DNA of 64,000 nt from Isurus oxyrinchus. Lineage: Eukaryota. Positions within the stretch are counted from its first letter, which is position 1. Each line of letters opens with the position of its first letter. The position numbers and the translations under genes were made by a program. The stretch covers positions 1,116,001-1,180,000 of the forward strand of contig JANJGN010000035.1 of NCBI GenBank assembly GCA_026770705.1, read 5' to 3'. Positions 51,830 to 63,552 of the stretch are shown piece after piece. Below the pieces are notes generated by a model. That model was not told the origin of the DNA, did not search any database, and was given only the letters and a program-made list of their open reading frames with translations.

Positions 51830-54220
51830 CCACTTTTCATCTTCAGGCCTGCTGTCAGTGCCCCCTAAGAGAGCAACAATGCACGGCATGAACTGCAGCT
51901 TTCCAGGAATCACAGTTTCAGTCGGGAGATGAAAGTTACAGGTTACATTCTCTGCCTACCCAGAGGAATCCAAAGGCTATAGATGCAGCAGGCATGAGAT
52001 GGATGGTGGATGCGGAGGTGGCGGGGATGATCTACATACATTGCATGACATCCAATTGCAGAACCTGCACCACGGTTAGGGGTGGCGAATTCAAAATTCA
52101 CAAAACACCGGTTCAGGTGTCTCAGACAACACATCATAATGTTTCAGGGACACAGCAACCACACATTGTAGTGTTGTGCCCTAGTCCAAATGTTACATTT
52201 GAGCCACAATCTCTCGTTCTCTGCACGCAGAACACCATTCTCCAGCCTTAGGCCTTCCAATTCACCCAGAGTCTCTCATAGGCCAGAGTGTGCTTGTCCA
52301 CCGAAAAACACCCGGGTGTCTCACCCCTGGTATTTACGGGGATGGGTAAAGTGGTGTTGGATCTGTGATGTTGGCCCATCCATGTCCATTTCCAACCTAT
52401 GTAGGTTCAGCTGCTGCCAAATGAAGCTCAACCATATGTGGCTGTGAATGCAGCTGCTGAGGGTCTCTGTGTCTCATTGGCCTCATGTGTGACTGTTTTC
52501 ATTCTGACTGAAGGTGCAATGTTAAGCCTAATCCTCACGTTCCCTTGCCACCAACTCTCTGGCTGTCTCACCTAGCTCCTTTCAGCTGTCACTGTGCACA
52601 CTTTCCATTTTCAGGAAAGCTGACCGCCGCTCGGTGCCACTGCTGGAGGTTGATACAATCCTGATGCAAGGTAGTTGTAGCTCCTCCTCCTCATCCTCCA
52701 GCTTGTCCACTATCCCTGCACACAGCAGCCGGCTAGTCTCCAAACTAGGCCCGGGCGAATGACAGTATTTGATTTTTTTTTCTCTGATGAGCCACAACCA
52801 TTGCCATGTAGTCAAGCAGCAGGAGGCTGCACACAGCCCTTGGTCTTCAATTGATTCATCATCTGTACGCTCGTTCAGCTGCACATTAGCAGTGTGCTGG
52901 GGGATCTTCAACTCCTTCCTTAACTCTGTAAGAGTGACATTGGAATGCCTGAGAAATCAGTCAATTCACAATGAAGATGATTGACTGGAAGGATTCTTTG
53001 TTCATTGCTTATTGCAGCTTTTATTATCTGCCTCAGTAACAGTGCAATGATCATTGCTTTAGCAGCGTTCGCAGACAAGAACATAAAACATGATCTGAGT
53101 TCACTATTGCAGGCAGACAAGTCCATCCTTTAACGGAGATGGCTCATACCAAACACGTCGCCCATAAATCCTCTGGTGGCAAAGCGCCCAAGAAGCAGCT
53201 GGCCACCAAGGCAGCCTGGAAATGAGCCCTCTCCACTTACAAAGTGAAGAAACCTCATTGCTACAGGCCGGGTACAGTTGCACTCCAAGAAATCCACTGA
53301 TGCCAATATTCCACAGAGTTGGTTATCCGTAAACTGTACTTCCAGCGTCTGGTAATGGAATTTGCCCAGGGCTTCGAAACTGACCTGAGGTTTCAGAGTG
53401 ATGCAATTGGAGCTTTGCAGGAAGCCAGTGAGGCCTACTTGGTTGGCCTGTTTAAGGAGACTAACCTGTTGCATCCATGTCAAAAAAAGTGTCCGTAATG
53501 CCCACAGACACCCAGCTGGCACGATGGATTCCAGGGGAATGTTATTCATGATGTTTTCTCCAGACGATTTTGAAGTGACATTTAAACAATTTCTAAAGCA
53601 TGGACTGTAATCTTGGCTTTTTGTGGCGGCTGGGCCTTTATTTGATTTCGTTGTTGATGTTGAGTATGATCATGTCTTAATGTGAAAACAGCAAAACAAT
53701 TTGCAAACATTCCTTCGAGGTCTTGGCTCAGTTTGTAAAATAAAACATGTGAATCTTTAAAAAATAATAAAAGAAAAATGCCGACTTTGACGTATACACT
53801 CAGGTCTAAACGGACATGTCGAAGAAACAATTGTGCAGTGTGATTTCTTTAAACAGTTTTCTGGCCAGTTATACACTCTACGATGGTTGGCATGACCCCA
53901 GGCTTATTCAATAATATACATTTTCCCTGTCAAATGCGCTCAACTTCAGTGCGGCCTTCCCTATGTTACAGTCGGAGAAAGTAAAGAACAAAACTTGCAA
54001 CTTCGTCTCCAAATTTTCCCCAAGAACTTCACTGGTCCTCCCATTTTACGTGGCCCGTCCCCCATTCCTCTCTATCCTTCTGGTCGCTCACGGCAAGCAG
54101 CGGCTCAACCCTGTTCAGCATCTGTGCGATGCAGAAAACCAGGCACAACCTTTGAGTCGCTGCGGCTGGATCTGCCGTGGGTGCCGAGTGCTCAGCAGCA
54201 ATAAGGTCACTGATGTCCAC
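51830..54220 (-). pseudogene. BEN-type gene remnant, copy 3 (BEN exons absent)
   Basis: DISDLIAAEH...QRLCLVFCIAQMLNRVEPLLAVSDQKDREE..GHVKW; TTTCTCAG acceptor near 52950; ETLGELEGLRLENGVLRAENERL; DSRPEDEKW|GTGAGT. Confidence 0.6.
53139..53548 (+). pseudogene. Intronless histone H3.3-type pseudogene, paralog of 8185-8596
   Basis: GGKAPKKQLATKAA; [27 protein letters not shown] (AIG is the H3.3 signature); frameshifts and stops. Confidence 0.92.
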
Positions 54221-56242
54221 ATGGCTGATAGGGAAATTAATAATAGTGGACAAAGCCTGATAAGAACCTGCTGAGGGAGTGAGATTGTCAATGGTCAGAA
54301 TCGCAGCAATGGTCATAAAAGACCGAAAATTAGTGGCCGGAAGTTAAACGATCTAGAAACACGTTATGACAAGAATTGTTGTGACTATACCGTTTGTATG
54401 ATCTCTATTGGAATGCAGATGTTTCGAGACCATTTTCAACTGTGTTTAAATATTAAACTTCAAGCGGGTGGAAACATTCTTTCCTCTATAAACTAAGTTG
54501 AACAAAACATCACTCCAAATCCGGATATGGGACTGAGAAAGGCTGCAAACAAATAATGCTTGAATAAGCACGAACAGCAGATGAAGAGACTGTCACTGTT
54601 GATTTAAAAACATGAGGATCATTTTTTTAGGGAAAATTAGGGGTAGTTGTTTCAAAACAATTCCTCCCCCCTCTCACCCCCGCCCCCACTAAAAACAACT
54701 TGCTGCTGGCCTTGTTTCCTTCCTCCAATCCTCTATCATTATGCCGTCCTGGCTCCCCCTTCCCCGTCTCCATGCTGGCCTGACTCCCCTGTACCCCTCC
54801 CCAATATCAAAATATTTTTTTGCATTCGCCATCGCACCTCTCTCGGGACCCATATTCTTCCGACGAAGACTTTCACCCGCGCTCGATTTAAAACGCTTTT
54901 GCCTCTCCCGGTTCGGGACTGAGGCTGCAATCTCTCGCATTCTCTGTCCCGCTGACGCCACGATCCACATGGAACTGCTTCACTTATCGATAACAAGCAG
55001 AAAAGGGGCACCGACCAGCACAGGATGTAGAAATGCCTCTGGGAGCAGCAGGTACTGGGGGTGAAGCCGCTGGCCCACACAAAGGATTTTTAATGTACCC
55101 ACCTTTGTGTGGCTTGGAGGAGCAGAGGCCTCTCTAATACCGACCGTCCCAGGTACATGCTGTATTCCCACTTCCTGTCCCGGAGCAAGAGGGGATTAGA
55201 CGATGATTGGTAAACAAACATTGTGCAGGGTTGTGGGCAGAAGGCAGGAGAATGGCAGCAGGTGAAATCTTCATGTTTTAAAATTCTGTGTAAATTGTAG
55301 TTCGCTCTGCTATCGCTTTCAAACTTTACCGGGCGGGAATAACGCCCCGTTCGCAACATTCTAAAAGTGACAAATGAGACTTGAACATCCGGAAAGGTGG
55401 GTAGGAAAGTGAGTGTGACACGAATTTAGGTCGGAAAGTACGTTGTGAAGGGGACGTAATGAAATAGATAGGTTATGTGATTGGACAAAGACCTTGCAAA
55501 TGTGGTATAAAGTAATAAAACGTGAGGGTTGCCCATTTTGGCAGGATGAACAAAAAACTTAGTTTTGCAATACAAGAGATAAAAGAGAGAGGGCAGAGTG
55601 ATTGAAAGATACAAGGTGAGTTCAGGCAATGAAACACAACCGGTCAGAAAAAGTAACTGTTCCAGGAAAACTTGTACAGTCTAGTTTAACATAGAAAACT
55701 TCAACTGGAGAGGTACAAGATGCAATCTCATCTTTCACGGATATTGTACCAGAAACAAAGACAGCATTAATCTTACACTCGGAGCCGTGCCACAGAGTGA
55801 ACCAAAGTCGTATATTTAAACCTCGGTTCCCTGCTGAAATCTCTGCCGTCTTGAAGCTCAGGGTCGCTGGGTATTGCACTCAGTAACCGAGTGTTTCACT
55901 GTGATTAAGTGAATCTGGGAGTCGGCATGCCAGATATTAACTATTGCATGGACCCAGCAAACTTACCAACTCCCCAACTCCTCCCATGTTTCTCCAGGAT
56001 GGCTTTGTGAAGTTGAGCTCGTGAACAGCAAATCCCTGCAGGGAATGATCCCAAATTGGGCTTCTGAAAGGGACAAGCCCCCACTTTTCATTGTTCTCTG
56101 ACCTTTTCCACATCTCCAGTTCTTTTGTTCAGATATTGGTCAAAATGAATTGTAAAAAGGTTGATCTCAGTTGCTGATTAAATGTGTAAATCCTCACAAG
56201 AGGTATTTAGTCCCAAACCGAACGCTGATTAATCGAGAGTCA

Positions 56243-56417
56243 GAGACTGGTGAATACAGAATCAATCCCACACTCACGGATAGTGCCAGATATTGATATT
56301 GATAGAATCAATCCCACAATCATAGACAGTACCAGAGACCTATATTTACAGCATCAATCCCAAAATGACAGATCGTACCAGAGACTGTTATTGATAGAAT
56401 CAATCCGCACTTACATG
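56243..56417 (+). repeat. 46-bp minisatellite, ~3.8 copies
   Basis: Units at 56243, 56289, 56335 and 56381. Confidence 0.9.
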
Positions 56418-57038
56418 AATATTAATGCATTGCAAGGTGACGGGAAGTGGCAGTGGCTGAATTGTTCCTTTAGAGGTCGAGCACAGATTAGACTGCCCGA
56501 ATAGCCTCTTTTTGTCATGTAGCCATTCTATGATTCTAATGGAAAATTCTGGAAGAACTGAGTAGCTCTGGCAGTTTCGAAGCTTCGACAGCGGGTCTAT
56601 TCGTTAAATCTTCTGTCAAACACACGTCCTGTCTCCACAGATGCTGCCGGACCTGCTGAGTGTTTCCAGCATCTTCTGTTATTATTTCAGATTCCCAGCG
56701 TGAGCAGTATCTCACTTTTTGAGCAATAAAACCAACCCTGAGCGGGAATAGATATTCCAGTAAGAAATGGGAAGCAGCAGAGTGAAAAGAGAATCGGTGA
56801 ATTTTACTAAATCCGAGTAATTCTATCCCGGCTCCACACTACAGCTCAGGAAAAACCTTCATTATCAGCAAAAATGAACAAACATGACATACATTTTAAA
56901 TGGAAGATGATTGGAGGTTGGAAATCATTTTTGTTGCATTAACCCAGCCTGTGCTTTCAGAGAACAATCTCACAGCAGTTAATCAAACTCAGCACCGAGC
57001 TTGGGATTTTAATTTGATAAATTTAGAAACCAAGTAAC

Positions 57039-57110
57039 TGCAATGGCTGGGAATCGAAGCCGAGTAAACTGCTTGGAATGTAGATATACTCACCGCTATA
57101 CCAGCTTCGC
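57039..57110 (-). pseudogene. tRNA-Gly(TCC) pseudogene
   Basis: 72 nt, TGCAATGGCTGGGAATCGAAGCCGAGTAAACTGCTTGGAA...CTATACCAGCTTCGC. Confidence 0.85.
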
Positions 57111-57369
57111 TTTGCACCACAATGCAACTATAGCAAAATGCCTTAAGGCTCTTCACAAGAGCGTTATCACTATAAGTAAAACAAAGTTGATGCTAAGCCA
57201 CAGAAGGAGATATTCGTTCAGATGGCAAAAGCTTGGTTAAAGAGGAACCTTTTAAACAAAACTTAAAGGGCAGAGGGAGCTAGGGAAGTGGAAATGTTTA
57301 GGGAGGAGATACAGAATTTTAGACCACGTCAGCTGAAAACATGGTTGTCAATGTTGTAGAGATTAAAAT

Positions 57370-58290
57370 CCCACCACTGGTTGCCCTTAAGAGGTGGTGG
57401 TGAGTTGCCTTGTTCATTCCACGTGGTGTAAGTACACGCACAGTGCTGTTAGAGGTGGGGTGGAGGGTTTTTTTAGGGTGTTGATCCAGGGGACGTGAAA
57501 GAACCGCAAAATATTTCCAAGTCAAAATGGTGTAAGGGTTGGAGGGGTACTTTCAAGTAATGGTGATCCCGTGCATCTGCTGCTCTTGTCCTTCTTGATG
57601 GTAACTTTCGTGGGTTTTGAATTTGCTGTCCAACGAGCGTTGGTGAGTTCCTACAGTGCATCTTCTGGATGATGCTCACTGCTACTACTATACATTCATG
57701 GTGGAAGGATGTTGGTTGTATGGTGTGCCAGCCAAGTGGATTAACTTGCCCTTGATGTTATTAAGCCTCTGGAGGGTCGCTGTGGCACTTATCAAGGCCG
57801 GTGGAGAGTATTGCATCACAATCTTGACTTGTGCTATGTAGATGGTGGACAGTCTTTCGGGAGTCATCAGGTGAGTTACTCACCTCAGGGTTCCTCTCCT
57901 CTGACCTACCCTTGCAGCCATGCATTTGCACGGCTAGTCCAGTTCAGTTTCTGGTCAATGGTATCCCAGGATTTTGCTAATGAGTGATTCAGTAATGACA
58001 ATGACACTGCACACAATGAGAAATGGCTCGATTCTCCCTTGCTTTAGATGATCTTTGCCTGGCGCTTGTGTAGCATGAATGTTACGTGCCACTTGTAAAC
58101 CCAAGCCGGGATATTGTCCAGGTTTTAATGCATTTGGAAGTGGGCTACTTCAGTATGTGAAGATTCACAAATGGTGGTTAACGTTTTGCAATCATCACTG
58201 AACATCCCCAGTACTGACTTTATGATGGAAGGAAAGTCATTTGATGAAGCAGCTGAAGATGCTTAAGCCGTGGAAACTATCCTGTGCAAC
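57370..58290 (-). mobile_element. CR1-group LINE fragment, paralog of 12930-13880
   Basis: Colinear with the copy-1 LINE; preceded by an L2-like piece at ~57130-57350. Confidence 0.8.
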
Positions 58291-58309
58291 GCCAGCGTCA
58301 TCTGGTCAA

Positions 58310-59030
58310 GGCTGTCGGAGCGATGCACTGTCAGGAGGTCAGGAATGGGGGAACACTGCTATGTCCAAAGGTGTCGCTGATTGAGCACTGCACTGTCAGA
58401 GCTTTAGGCATGAGGGAGCGCTGTTTTGTCTGAGGGTCATGAATCTGAGAATGCTGCACTGTCAGAGGGCCAGGACTGAGGGGACTCTGCACTGTCAAAG
58501 ATTCAGGGCTGAGGGAGTTCGGCATTGTTGGAGGGTCAGGAATGAGGGAACACTGCACTGTCAAAGGGTCAGGGCTGAGGGAGTGCTGCATTGACAGGGG
58601 CCATGCCTGAGGGGGCGCTATACTCTCGGAGGGTCAGGAATGATAAAATGCTGCACTGTCAGAGGGTTAGGACTGATAGAGCGCTGCGCTGTCAGAAGGT
58701 TAGGCATGAGGGAATGCTGCACTCTCACAGGGTCAGGAATAACGGAGCAAAATGCTTTCAGATGGTCAAAACTGAGGGAGTGCTGCACCATCACTGGGTC
58801 AGAAATGAGAGAGGGCTGTGCTTTCAAAACATCAGGAAAATGGAAGTGCCGCACAGTCTGTGGGTCACAAATGAGGGAGCGCTTCACTGTCAGAGTTTCA
58901 GGAATGAGGGAGCGCCACACAGTATGAGGGTCACGAATGAGGGAGCGCTTCACTGTCAGAGTTTCAGGAATGAGGGAGATACACACAGTCAGTGGGTAAG
59001 GACACTGAGGGCTGTACTGTCAGAGGGGAG
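58310..59030 (+). repeat. 33-bp minisatellite, ~21 degenerate copies
   Basis: Consensus ~TGAGGGAGYGCTGCACTGTCAGAGGGTCAGGAA; gives 11-aa periodic ORFs on both strands. Confidence 0.92.
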
Positions 59031-59899
59031 CTGAGCCCTGGACCGAGCTCTCAAAGTGACCGTATTTCGCTCTTTAATAAACCCACTCCAAACTGCAACA
59101 CTGCTGGCAATTTTTGATAATAAGGGGATTAGCCATTGAACATTTCAGAAACTAAATTCAGACAGAGAGAGAGTGAGACAGATAGTGAGAGAGAAGGGCC
59201 TAAATAGATCAACTGGGAAGAAGCTGAAAGCCTTGCTGTAGTGCAAGTAGACTACATCAAATGCTTTGCTCTCATCTACAGACCTCAAAACGAGCGATAC
59301 TCACAGAGAGTGAGCCCTGAAAGGAAATCATTACACAGTCAATTGATAGCAGAACTTTTCAGTGGAAGCAGATGAGCATGGAACTAGCTTTTGCTGTAAG
59401 GAGTTTGCTACTCTTGTTGATAGAACCCCGCCTCCCTTACCAATGCAGCAGAGCATATTCTCTCAATTCTTCCTTGAGATGGAATATGTGATTTCAAAGC
59501 TTGTTTTATTTTCTGAGGCAGATCCAAACTGAAAAGCGAAACAGGGGAAGGAAGTTGGCCCTCCCAATTTCTAAAGGGGCAAAAGATGAATCTGAAATTT
59601 GTAAACCGATACTTCTCTGCAGATGCGGCAATGTAAATGGACGCAGAGCCATCCAGGTTCGAAAGTGGAAGTTAATGAGTCACGTGGTGCAACCAGGGCA
59701 AGCTGAAGGAGACAGAGGCCAAACCCATAAGCTGATAATAAGATGCTACAGCTGTTTATTTCCACATACAGAGCGCAGAAGCGAAATGGAACAAACTTTG
59801 AGACAGTGTCTCCAATGCCACACTCTAAACATATGTGTAGCAGTATCGGGAAAGCACTGATTGCTTGGAGGCTAGCATCACTGTGGTCGAACCTGCCAT

Positions 59900-60765
59900 T
59901 GAAGCCAAGCGTTCCATTCATTATTTACAAGAAAGATTCGAATAACAAAACTCTGAATGCCATAGGAACCATTTGAGGTAAAAGTCCAACATGCTGCGAG
60001 GTGGTGCATCAGTGACTACTGGCTACAAAACTGCCAGAACATTGAGATGTCCTTCCACACAGGGGTGTCGGTGTTGGCGAGTGTGCGGGAGTGGGGGTGG
60101 GTGGGGGTGGATTAAAGGATCAAATAGGCAGCAGATTCATCAGCAAAACAAAAATAACATAAATGAAATCAACGCCAGTGGAAGCCATCACTGGCTGCAA
60201 TAAATAGCTGGACAGATGGTGGAACTCCTCCTTGAGGGACGTGGTAGGGTAAACATTGTCACCTAGGAAGATCTAGACACGGTAGAAAGCCTGCCTGCCT
60301 TAGCAGAGCTGCATGTCGAAGCGACAGTGAAGAGCTTAGCAAACGTACTCAATCGCTTGTCATAGGCAAAGCTCCAGATGTTGATACTAGCCCGCCTGCA
60401 CTCAACAAACACAGAAAATAGGCATTCCTGCTACAGCTGCACGAAGTTCTCTATCTCTGCTGGAGCGAGGGGGCAGTGGCCAAGGAAATGTACAATGCAA
60501 ATATTGTGACGCTGCACAATAACAAAAGTGGCCACAGTGATTGCAACAACTATCCAGGCATCACCCTGCTGAGCATCATGTGAAAGGTATTTGCACACGC
60601 TGCCCTTGTCAGACTGCCGATCTTGGGAGAACGCCTCTCATCCGAATCCACGTGTGGTTTCATAAGTGAAAGATCCACAATTGACATCACCTTCTCAGCC
60701 CGGCAGATGCAAATAAAATGACGTGAACGAATGCCATCACCTATCTCACCAAAACATTCGACAAT
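59900..60765 (+). mobile_element. RTE-clade LINE fragment
   Basis: PKEMYNANIVTLHNNKSGHSDCNNYPGITLLSIM*KVFA...PESTCGFISERSTIDITFSARQMQ...LTKTFD. Confidence 0.85.
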
Positions 60766-61299
60766 ATGAATGAAGCAGACCATTTCTTTGTTTACTATAT
60801 CAATTACAAATCTCATTGACCTTCGTACAATGAGCCATTTGTATCCTGCCCACCATCCTCACAGACTTCGTAATTCCCAATTGTTACATTTATGCCTTTC
60901 TTCAGTTTTGATGAATATTGATCTGTTGAGCAGTTGTCTCCGTTTATTTCCACAGATGGTCCTGGCATTATGAGAAATTCCAACGTTTTTAGTCCTTTTC
61001 ATGTTTCCAGCGTGCACCATATTTTGTTGCTCTATGTGGCAGGATGGAGGAATCAGATTCAGGTAGAACTAAAGAGAACTGATTCACAGGATGATGGGAA
61101 ATAGCTGAATTGTGGGCCAAAACTGACAACCCTTTCCAAGGCTCGAGTGGCAGAAATGCTTCTTTCTGAACGGTAAGGTTTTATGATTCCACGAGTTATT
61201 TTCCACATGAACTGCTGGATTGAGAAACGGCCGAAATCGTGAAAGTGATGGAACAATGATCCCCGACAATTATCTGCTGTTTGGTACCAAGCAGTTTAT

Positions 61300-61675
61300 G
61301 GACATAAGAAGGCTGCATTTTTCCAGCTGTGGTGAGAGAAATCTGGAAGATGTGTTGGGCTTGAGGAGGCTCCAGAGAAGGGGGAGGGCGAGGTCATGTA
61401 GGGATTTGAATGTAAGGATGAGAATTTTAAAGTTGAGGTTCTGACAAGCCAGGAGCCAGTGTGGGTCAGCAAATAATGTGTGATTGGGGAACTGAAATTG
61501 GTTCTGGTGAAGTTTCGGGCAGCAGAATTTTTGATGAGCACAACCATATGTAGGGTGGAAGATGGGAGGCTGGCCAGGGGAACACTTGGATAGTCAAGTC
61601 TCAAAGATGAGGGTTTCAGCAGCTGATGAGCTGAGTGGAGCTCGGAGTTGGGCAATGTTTCAGATGTGGAAGAAC
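61300..61675 (-). mobile_element. L2 LINE fragment
   Basis: RLDYPSVPLASLPSSTLH..LIKNSAARNFTRT...SPIT resembles the L2 ORF2 C-terminus. Confidence 0.8.
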
Positions 61676-62815
61676 AGTGTATTCAGCTGATAACATTCTG
61701 CTGATAACATTCTGCCATCTTGTCCAATATCATGTAGTTTAGTCAGGGATATTGTGGGTGAAATGAATACAGTGTCAGTCATTATTGTCGAATGTATCCT
61801 TAGAAAAGGATTCTATCCAATTTAGTTCTGTTGGTGAATCATATTCTACTCAAAGCATGAATTCTGTTTTTTTCTTTCCACAGATACTGTCAGAACAGAT
61901 TGGAGCATTTTCTGGTTTTCATCAGAATCAGCAGTGGGTATTTTTAACCCCCTAAGTGTTCTTTACAGCTAAGTTATCTTAATAACACCCAGTGTTTTGT
62001 TGGAACATTTCAGGGGTCATTTAAAGGCACTGTGCCTGGAGACACATGTTGACAAATTCATAGTGAGAATGACCGATCTGTAACCAGTGACCTGTGTCTG
62101 ATTCTGCAAATGCAGCTGATCTTTACTTAATGTAGTATGTGTCTGATATCTGACCTAGAATTTAGAAACAACTTTTTTCCATACATGACAGGCCTCAGAT
62201 GACAGGCGTTCTTGGATTAATGAATAATGTTGCTGATTTATAAAGAATTGTTGTTTTTAAACATTATTTTTAGAAGGGGATATGTGTGAGCAGAAGGTGT
62301 AGGGAAATAAATGCGAGTAAACTGAAAAAAAAAGGCCGGGGTTGTGTTATTCGTCCAGTACTTGAATGGGTCTGACGCCGGTATACTGGGCAAACTAAGA
62401 CACAAACGTGGCCCAACCTGCGGATGAAACCAGCATTGTCTGATTTTAATACTGGTTAAACTGGCCGCTATAATTCAATTGCTCTGGAGAATTGAACAAT
62501 GTTTTTGATCTCTTGGGAATCGCATCGCGCCTTTCAGTTATTGTATTCAATGCTTACAATTCAGGGTTTTGTATCATTTTAAGCAATTCAGTTAGAACAG
62601 GATGCAGTGCTAACAGCTGAATCTCACACATGGAAACAGATTAATCTCATAGTTATTACTAGGAACTAGGACAGTAATGAATGTCAGTAAATAGCTTTCG
62701 CGGCCTCAAACATCGAACTCTTTTTCCCAACTCATTCCACTCCGCTCATTTCTGGTATCATTACATGAGTGAAACTTTTCGGACAGTAAACAGTCCTTTC
62801 ACACAGACTGTGGAG

Positions 62816-62831
62816 AGCTCTGAAAAGAGCC
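62816..62831 (-). promoter_or_regulatory. Histone mRNA 3' stem-loop with downstream HDE-like element
   Basis: AAA-GGCTCTTTTCAGAGCT on the minus strand, ~30 nt after the H2A stop; purine-rich GAAAGGACTG about 15 nt further. Confidence 0.9.
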
Positions 62832-62863
62832 TTTGGGCTTATTCAGGTGAAACTTTCTCTACA

Positions 62864-63252
62864 TTACTTGCTATTTGAGCTCACAGCACTGCTATTCCTG
62901 GGCAGCAGCCCGGCCTGGATATTAGGCAGCGCCCCCGGCCTGAGCGATGGTCACACCTTCCAGCAGTTGATTGAGTTCCTGATGGTTGCGGAACGACAGC
63001 TGCAGGTCTCTGGGGACGATGCGGCTCCTCTTCTTGTCCGGGGGCCCTTTTTTCGGCCAGCTCGAGGATTTCAGCGTCAGATACTCGAGCACAGCAGCCA
63101 GATTGACCGGGGGTCCGGCACCCACACGATCAGCATAATTGCCATTTCACAAGAAACAGTGAAATTGGCCCACAATGAACTGCAGTCCGGCCCGGGATGA
63201 GTGGACTTGGCCTTGGCCCGAGCTTTCGCGCCACTAGTTCCCGTTCCGAAAT
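62864..63252 (-). pseudogene. Histone H2A pseudogene (replication-dependent type)
   Basis: GAKARAKAKS; [23 protein letters not shown]; [32 protein letters not shown]; [10 protein letters not shown]. The start codon reads ATT and there are several frameshifts. Confidence 0.93.
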
Positions 63253-63552
63253 TTTCCAGTGCCAGACTTTTGCAGGGAATAACCAGATTATTCAGCATTT
63301 ACTTTTCTTATCGACCGAGAACTGCTCTGACTGATCGCTCTTTAATGCACTTCATTTGCCTGTATTTTCTCCCTATCTGATAACTGTGTTACAGAAGAGG
63401 TGTAGGAAATGAGAGGTTTAAAATAGGAGAGTTTTAAAATCTTCAATGTTCTGAAGAAGGGTCATTCGGATTGGAATCTTTAAATCTGCCTTTCTCTCTA
63501 TGGATGCTGTCAGGCCTGCTGAGCTTTTCCAGCATTTCTTTTTGTTTCAAAT

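Larger units (their letters stand above)
45960..58290 (+). repeat. Segmental duplication cassette, copy 3
   Basis: Contains in order the CR1/Penelope block, tRNA-Asp pseudogene, BEN-type gene 5' exons with H3.3, the 46-bp array, tRNA-Gly pseudogene and L2/CR1 pieces, as in copies 1 and 2. Confidence 0.9.

Noticed and set aside
58331-59034. Repetitive 86-147 aa ORFs on both strands
   Set aside because: They arise from the 33-bp (11-codon) minisatellite; no splice or start context supports coding.
63449-63482. Functional hammerhead ribozyme in a Penelope-associated repeat
   Set aside because: A CTGAAGA core remnant is present, but the GAAAC half and stem II are degenerate; at most a dead remnant.
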